Positions 28,103 through 32,000 of a stretch of DNA of 32,000 nucleotides are shown here, one piece after another. Below the pieces are notes generated by a model, which searched no databases, had not been told where the DNA came from, and was given only the letters and a program-made list of their open reading frames with translations. Position 1 is the stretch's first letter. Each line of letters starts with the position of its first letter. The stretch is taken from contig NC_017080.1 of assembly GCF_000284115.1 (NCBI RefSeq), forward strand, positions 1,710,001-1,742,000. Direction: 5' to 3'. This DNA is from Phycisphaera mikurensis NBRC 102666 (GTDB lineage: Bacteria > Planctomycetota > Phycisphaerae > Phycisphaerales > Phycisphaeraceae). The position numbers and the translations under genes were made by a program.

Positions 28103-29337
28103 GCCCGGGCCGGCTCCTGTCGATGGTGTCGCCGGAGGAGGCCGCGGCCGCGGTCTGCGATCGGCTGGCGGCGGTCGGCTCGGAGCGGGTGGCCCACGCG
28201 CAGCTGCCCGGCCGCGTGCTGGCCGGCCCCGCCACCGCCGACCGCGACTCGCCGCCGGCGGACGTGTCGGCGATGGACGGCTACGCGCTCCGCGCAGCCG
28301 ACGCGCCCCCGCCGGGGGGTGACGCGTGGCTGCCGGTCGCCGGGGAGGTGCGGATCGGCGAAGCGCCGCCGCCGCTGCCCACCGGGGCGGCGCTCCGCGT
28401 GTTCACCGGCGGGGCGGTGCCGGCGGGCGCCGACGCGGTGGTGCCGCGGGAGCTGCTGGAGGAGGAGGCGGAACCCGGCGGCGGGCGCGGCGGCCGCATC
28501 CGCTGGCTCGCCGGCTCACCCGCTCCGGTCGTGGGCCGCCACATCCGCCGACGCGGCGAGAACGCCCGCGCCGGCGACGTTGTGCTCCCGGTCGGCGTCG
28601 AGGCCACGCCCGCCGTCGTCGCCACGCTGGCCGCCTTCGGCGCGGCGCCGCCGGTCCGCCGGCGTGTCCGCGTCGCGATCCGCGTGACCGGCGACGAGCT
28701 GCACGCCGCCGACGCCGCCGTGCTCCCGCCGCTGGGCATCCGCGACGGCAACGGCCCGGTGATGGCCGCGTTCGTGGCCGGCCTGCCGTGGGCGGAGGTG
28801 GTCTCCATCGAGCGGGTGCCCGACGACCGCGACGCCACGACGCTGTCCATCGCCTCGGCCCTGGAAGCCTCCGACGCCGTGCTGCTCTCCGGCGGCGTCT
28901 CCATGGGCGACCACGACCACGTGCCCGCCGCCTGCGTCGCCGCCGGCTGCACGCCGGTGTACCACCGCCTCGCGATGCGGCCCGGCAAGCCCAACTTCGG
29001 CGCCGCCGGCCCGGCGGGCCAAGCCGTGCTGGGTCTCCCCGGCAACCCGGTCTCCGTGCTCGCGGGCCTCCGCGTGCTCACTCTTCCCGCGCTCCGCCGC
29101 CTCGCCGGCTTCGCCGCGCCGCAACCCCCGCGCCTGCGCGTCGCGGTCGCGCCCGACGACGCCAAGACGCTCCCGCTCTGGCACTACCGCCCCGCGCGGA
29201 TCGGCTTCGACGGCCGGGCCCACCCGCTGGCCCACCGCGGCAGCGGCGACGTCGCCGGCCCCGCCGCCATGCACGGCTTCGTGGAGATCCCGCCGGGCGA
29301 AGCCGCCGAGGCCCGGCCGCGCCGCTGGTTCGCCTGA
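28099..29337 (+). CDS. moeA: molybdopterin molybdenumtransferase
   Basis: GTGA overlap start (alternative ATG at 28123). DVSAMDGYAL, TGGAVPAGADAVV, TGDEL, IRDGNGPVM, LLSGGVSMGDHD, LPGNPVSVLAG. Confidence 0.93.
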   Translation: MSPGRLLSMVSPEEAAAAVCDRLAAVGSERVAHAQLPGRVLAGPATADRDSPPADVSAMDGYALRAADAPPPGGDAWLPVAGEVRIGEAPPPLPTGAALRVFTGGAVPAGADAVVPRELLEEEAEPGGGRGGRIRWLAGSPAPVVGRHIRRRGENARAGDVVLPVGVEATPAVVATLAAFGAAPPVRRRVRVAIRVTGDELHAADAAVLPPLGIRDGNGPVMAAFVAGLPWAEVVSIERVPDDRDATTLSIASALEASDAVLLSGGVSMGDHDHVPAACVAAGCTPVYHRLAMRPGKPNFGAAGPAGQAVLGLPGNPVSVLAGLRVLTLPALRRLAGFAAPQPPRLRVAVAPDDAKTLPLWHYRPARIGFDGRAHPLAHRGSGDVAGPAAMHGFVEIPPGEAAEARPRRWFA

Positions 29338-29397
29338 GCCCCACGCCCCGGCCGGGACGCGGACCGGCTGGAGAAGCCCCCGCGCGTACCCTGCGAC

Positions 29398-30894
29398 ATG
29401 GCCGCTCCGACGTTCAGCTCGCTGCTCCATCGCGACCTCGGCCTCACCGCCGTCGCCGACGGGAGGAAGCGGCTCCGCCCCGAGGAGGGCCTCGCGCTCC
29501 TGAAGGAGGCTCCGCTGCCGGCGCTCGGCCGGCTCGCCTCCGCCGCGGCCGAACGCATCCACGGTGACCGGCTGCGGACGTACGTGATCGACCGCAACAT
29601 CAACTACACGAACGTCTGCACCGCGGCCTGCACGTTCTGCGCCTTCAAGCGGAACCTCAACGACGCCGACGCCTACGTGCTCGGCGAGGCGGCGATCCAC
29701 GCGAAGGTCCAGGAGCTCGTCGACATCGGCGGCAACCAGGTCCTGCTGCAGGGCGGGATGCACCCGGACCTGCCGCTCGGCTTCTACACCGGCATGCTCA
29801 GCGGCCTGAAGAAGGCCTTCCCGCAGGTCCACCTGCACGCCTTCAGCCCGCCGGAGTTCGTCGAGTTCGTCGCGGTGCTGGAGGTGGACGGCTTCCCCAC
29901 CGCCCGCCCCGGCCGCGGCGAGACGCTCGGCCGCGGTGCCTGGCTCGCGAAGCTCGAGGCCGTGATGCGGGAGCTGATGGCGGCCGGGCTGGACAGCCTC
30001 CCCGGCGGCGGCGGCGAGATCTTCGGCCCCCACGTGCGGCACCGCATCGGCCCGGGCAAGGCCAGCGGCGCCCAGTGGCTGGACGTGATGGAGACGGCCC
30101 ACCGCGTCGGCATGAGGACCTCGGCCACCATGATGTTCGGGCACCTGGAGGGCCGGATGGACCGGATCCAGCACATGGACGCGGTGCGTTCGCGGCAGGA
30201 CCGGGCCATCGAGGCGGATCTTCCCGGCCGGTACCTCTCCTTCATCTCGTGGCCGTACCAGCGCGAGAACACGCCGCTGGACCGCCTGCCCGACCACGAC
30301 CCGCTCGCGGAGAAGCGCGGCGGCGAGCCCTTCCCCGGTGACGTCCTCGCCGAGGCCGTTGCCCGCGGCGAAGTCGATCCGGAGGACCGCGCGGCCTGCC
30401 GCCGCGTCGCGCCCGGAGCCGGCAAGGTCCTGCGGACGGCCGGCGGCACGGAGTACCTCCGCACGCAGGCCGTCTCGCGGCTGTACCTCGACAACATCCA
30501 CTCGATCGGCAGCAGCTGGGTGACGATGGGCCCGCGGATCGGGCAGCTCGGCCTCCTGTACGGGGCCAACGACATGGGCAGCGTGATGATGGAGGAAAAC
30601 GTCGTCTCGGCCGCCGGCACCACCTACTGCCTGAACGAGGCGACGCTGTGCCGGCTCGTCCGCGACGCCGGGTTCGTGCCCGCCCAGCGGAACAACCGCT
30701 ACGAGGTCCTCCAGGAGCACCCCGACACCCCCGACGCCCCCGATCGCAGGATCGACGACTGGTCGACGCAGCGGCCCCGGGCCCAGCGGGCGGCCTTCGA
30801 ACCCGGCGTGAAGGCGGAGGCGAAGGACGGGCCGGCCACCGTTCCGCTGACCGTCACCGCCGGGCACGTGCAGGCCGCGCCCGCGCTCGCCTGA
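29398..30894 (+). CDS. mqnC: cyclic dehypoxanthinyl futalosine synthase-like radical SAM enzyme
   Basis: DRNINYTNVCTAACTFCAFKR, LQGGMHPDLPLGFY, LDSLPGGGGEIF, TSATMMFGH, FVPAQRNNRYEVL. Confidence 0.87.
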   Translation: MAAPTFSSLLHRDLGLTAVADGRKRLRPEEGLALLKEAPLPALGRLASAAAERIHGDRLRTYVIDRNINYTNVCTAACTFCAFKRNLNDADAYVLGEAAIHAKVQELVDIGGNQVLLQGGMHPDLPLGFYTGMLSGLKKAFPQVHLHAFSPPEFVEFVAVLEVDGFPTARPGRGETLGRGAWLAKLEAVMRELMAAGLDSLPGGGGEIFGPHVRHRIGPGKASGAQWLDVMETAHRVGMRTSATMMFGHLEGRMDRIQHMDAVRSRQDRAIEADLPGRYLSFISWPYQRENTPLDRLPDHDPLAEKRGGEPFPGDVLAEAVARGEVDPEDRAACRRVAPGAGKVLRTAGGTEYLRTQAVSRLYLDNIHSIGSSWVTMGPRIGQLGLLYGANDMGSVMMEENVVSAAGTTYCLNEATLCRLVRDAGFVPAQRNNRYEVLQEHPDTPDAPDRRIDDWSTQRPRAQRAAFEPGVKAEAKDGPATVPLTVTAGHVQAAPALA

Positions 30895-31386
30895 TGCGGT
30901 CGAGGGCCACCCGCGCCGCGTTTGGGGAGGCGGATTCCGCCCACCACCCCGCGGACCGCCGCCGCCCAGCACCCGAACGACCGGCGGTCCGCGGCCACCC
31001 GCTCCGCCGCGTGCCGCTCGCTGCATGGGACTTCCGCCGCCACGCCGCCGCCGCCACCGCCGCCTCGGGCACCGACCCCTTCACGCGGGGAGGCCCGTCC
31101 GCCTGCGTGCCCACCGGCCGCGGCGCGGGCTTCGCATGCCGTCGATTCCGCTCTACGCCCGCCGCAGCGTTGCCGTTCCGGCCAGCGGCCGGGCGTTGGT
31201 GCTCCGCCGACACCGCCTCGAGAAGGATCGGCTGAGGGGCGCACCGGCGTAAGCGGCAGGCCGCGCTCGGGACACGCCCTGCACCCGCGGCGGCGTTTCG
31301 CGATGCTCGGGAACCCCGGCGGCACCCGCGTCGTCCAACCCGCGATCCGGAGACCCGCTCCGGCCCGCGCCCGCCCGAACCGAACC

Positions 31387-32000
31387 ATGCACCCCTGCTC
31401 CGCCCTCCGCTTCGCCGTCGCCCTCGCCCTTCCCGCCCTCTCCCTCCACGCCGAGCCCGCCGACCTGCCGCTGGATGCCATCACGCTGTACTCCAGCGGG
31501 GTCGGGCACTACCGCCACGCGGGCGCGGTGCCGGCCGGCGGCGAGGTGACGCTGAACCTCGACGCGGAGGAGCTCAACGACGCGCTGAAGAGCCTCACCG
31601 TCGGCGGGCTCGGCGGCAGCGGCGGGGTCAGCGTGAGCTACCCCGGGCAGGCGGGCGTCGATCAGCGGCTGGCCGCCTTCGGCGTGGACGTCCGCGGCGT
31701 CGGCAGCCGGGCGGCGCTGCTGGATCGGCTCCGGGGCGTGCCGGTGACGGTCACCCTCGGCACCGGCGAGGCCCGCTCCGGCCGCGTGCTGGCGGTCGAA
31801 GAGCGCGAGGTGAGCGGCGGCGACGAGACGCCGGCGACCTCCCGACGCGTGCTCACGCTGGTGAGCGGCTCGGGCATCGTCGACGTCGACCTCGAGAAAG
31901 TCGGCGGGCTGACCATCGAGGACGAGCGGCTGGCCGGCGAGCTGAAGGCAGCGCTGGAGCTGCTCGCGTCGCAGCGCGACACCCGCACCAAGCCGCTGAC
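31387..32000 (+). CDS. secreted hypothetical protein, truncated by the window end
   Basis: ATG with signal peptide MHPCSALRFAVALALPALSLHAEPADLPLDAITLYSSGVGHYRHAG...; open to base 32000. Confidence 0.6.
   Translation, partial: MHPCSALRFAVALALPALSLHAEPADLPLDAITLYSSGVGHYRHAGAVPAGGEVTLNLDAEELNDALKSLTVGGLGGSGGVSVSYPGQAGVDQRLAAFGVDVRGVGSRAALLDRLRGVPVTVTLGTGEARSGRVLAVEEREVSGGDETPATSRRVLTLVSGSGIVDVDLEKVGGLTIEDERLAGELKAALELLASQRDTRTKPL

Noticed and set aside
28516-31026. 836-aa ORF on the minus strand
   Set aside because: Antisense to moeA and mqnC, which have clear motifs; no motifs of its own.
30895-31386. Small ORFs and possible RNA gene in the mqnC downstream gap
   Set aside because: No recognisable tRNA/rRNA or riboswitch core; short Arg-rich ORFs such as 31136-31252 lack supporting features.

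Overview
Very GC-rich bacterial chromosome segment. Gene content suggests Planctomycetota/Phycisphaerae (H-X9-DG prepilin-like proteins, a PEP-CTERM protein, MJ0042-type zinc ribbons), but this is inference. It reads as ordinary chromosomal gene content: PilT-type ATPase plus a degenerate GspE-like protein, CvpA-like membrane protein, murD, TrkH-type K+ transporter, FMN reductase, argB, ABC exporter pair, DUF748/AsmA-like protein, ABC-F ATPase, LpxL-type acyltransferase, coiled-coil protein with an EF-hand loop, zinc-ribbon/SHOCT protein, moaA-moaD-moaE-moeA, mqnC and a truncated secreted protein. No CRISPR, rRNA, tRNA, transposase or obvious defence system was seen. The items most worth a second look: (1) a ~580 bp array of 107-bp units between convergent genes, each unit carrying two different perfect 7-bp-stem hairpins; (2) a family of 8-bp-period GA-rich repeats at four intergenic or gene-edge positions, one of which leaves an ABC permease with no ATG/GTG/TTG start; (3) a 7-G tract that splits a PEP-CTERM gene and fuses its N-terminus in frame to the downstream prepilin; (4) a membrane-anchored GspE paralogue with degenerate Walker motifs, overlapping an intact PilT-like gene; (5) operator-like inverted repeats and a Fur-box-like AT-rich island in divergent promoter regions. 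All calls were made by eye, without database searches.
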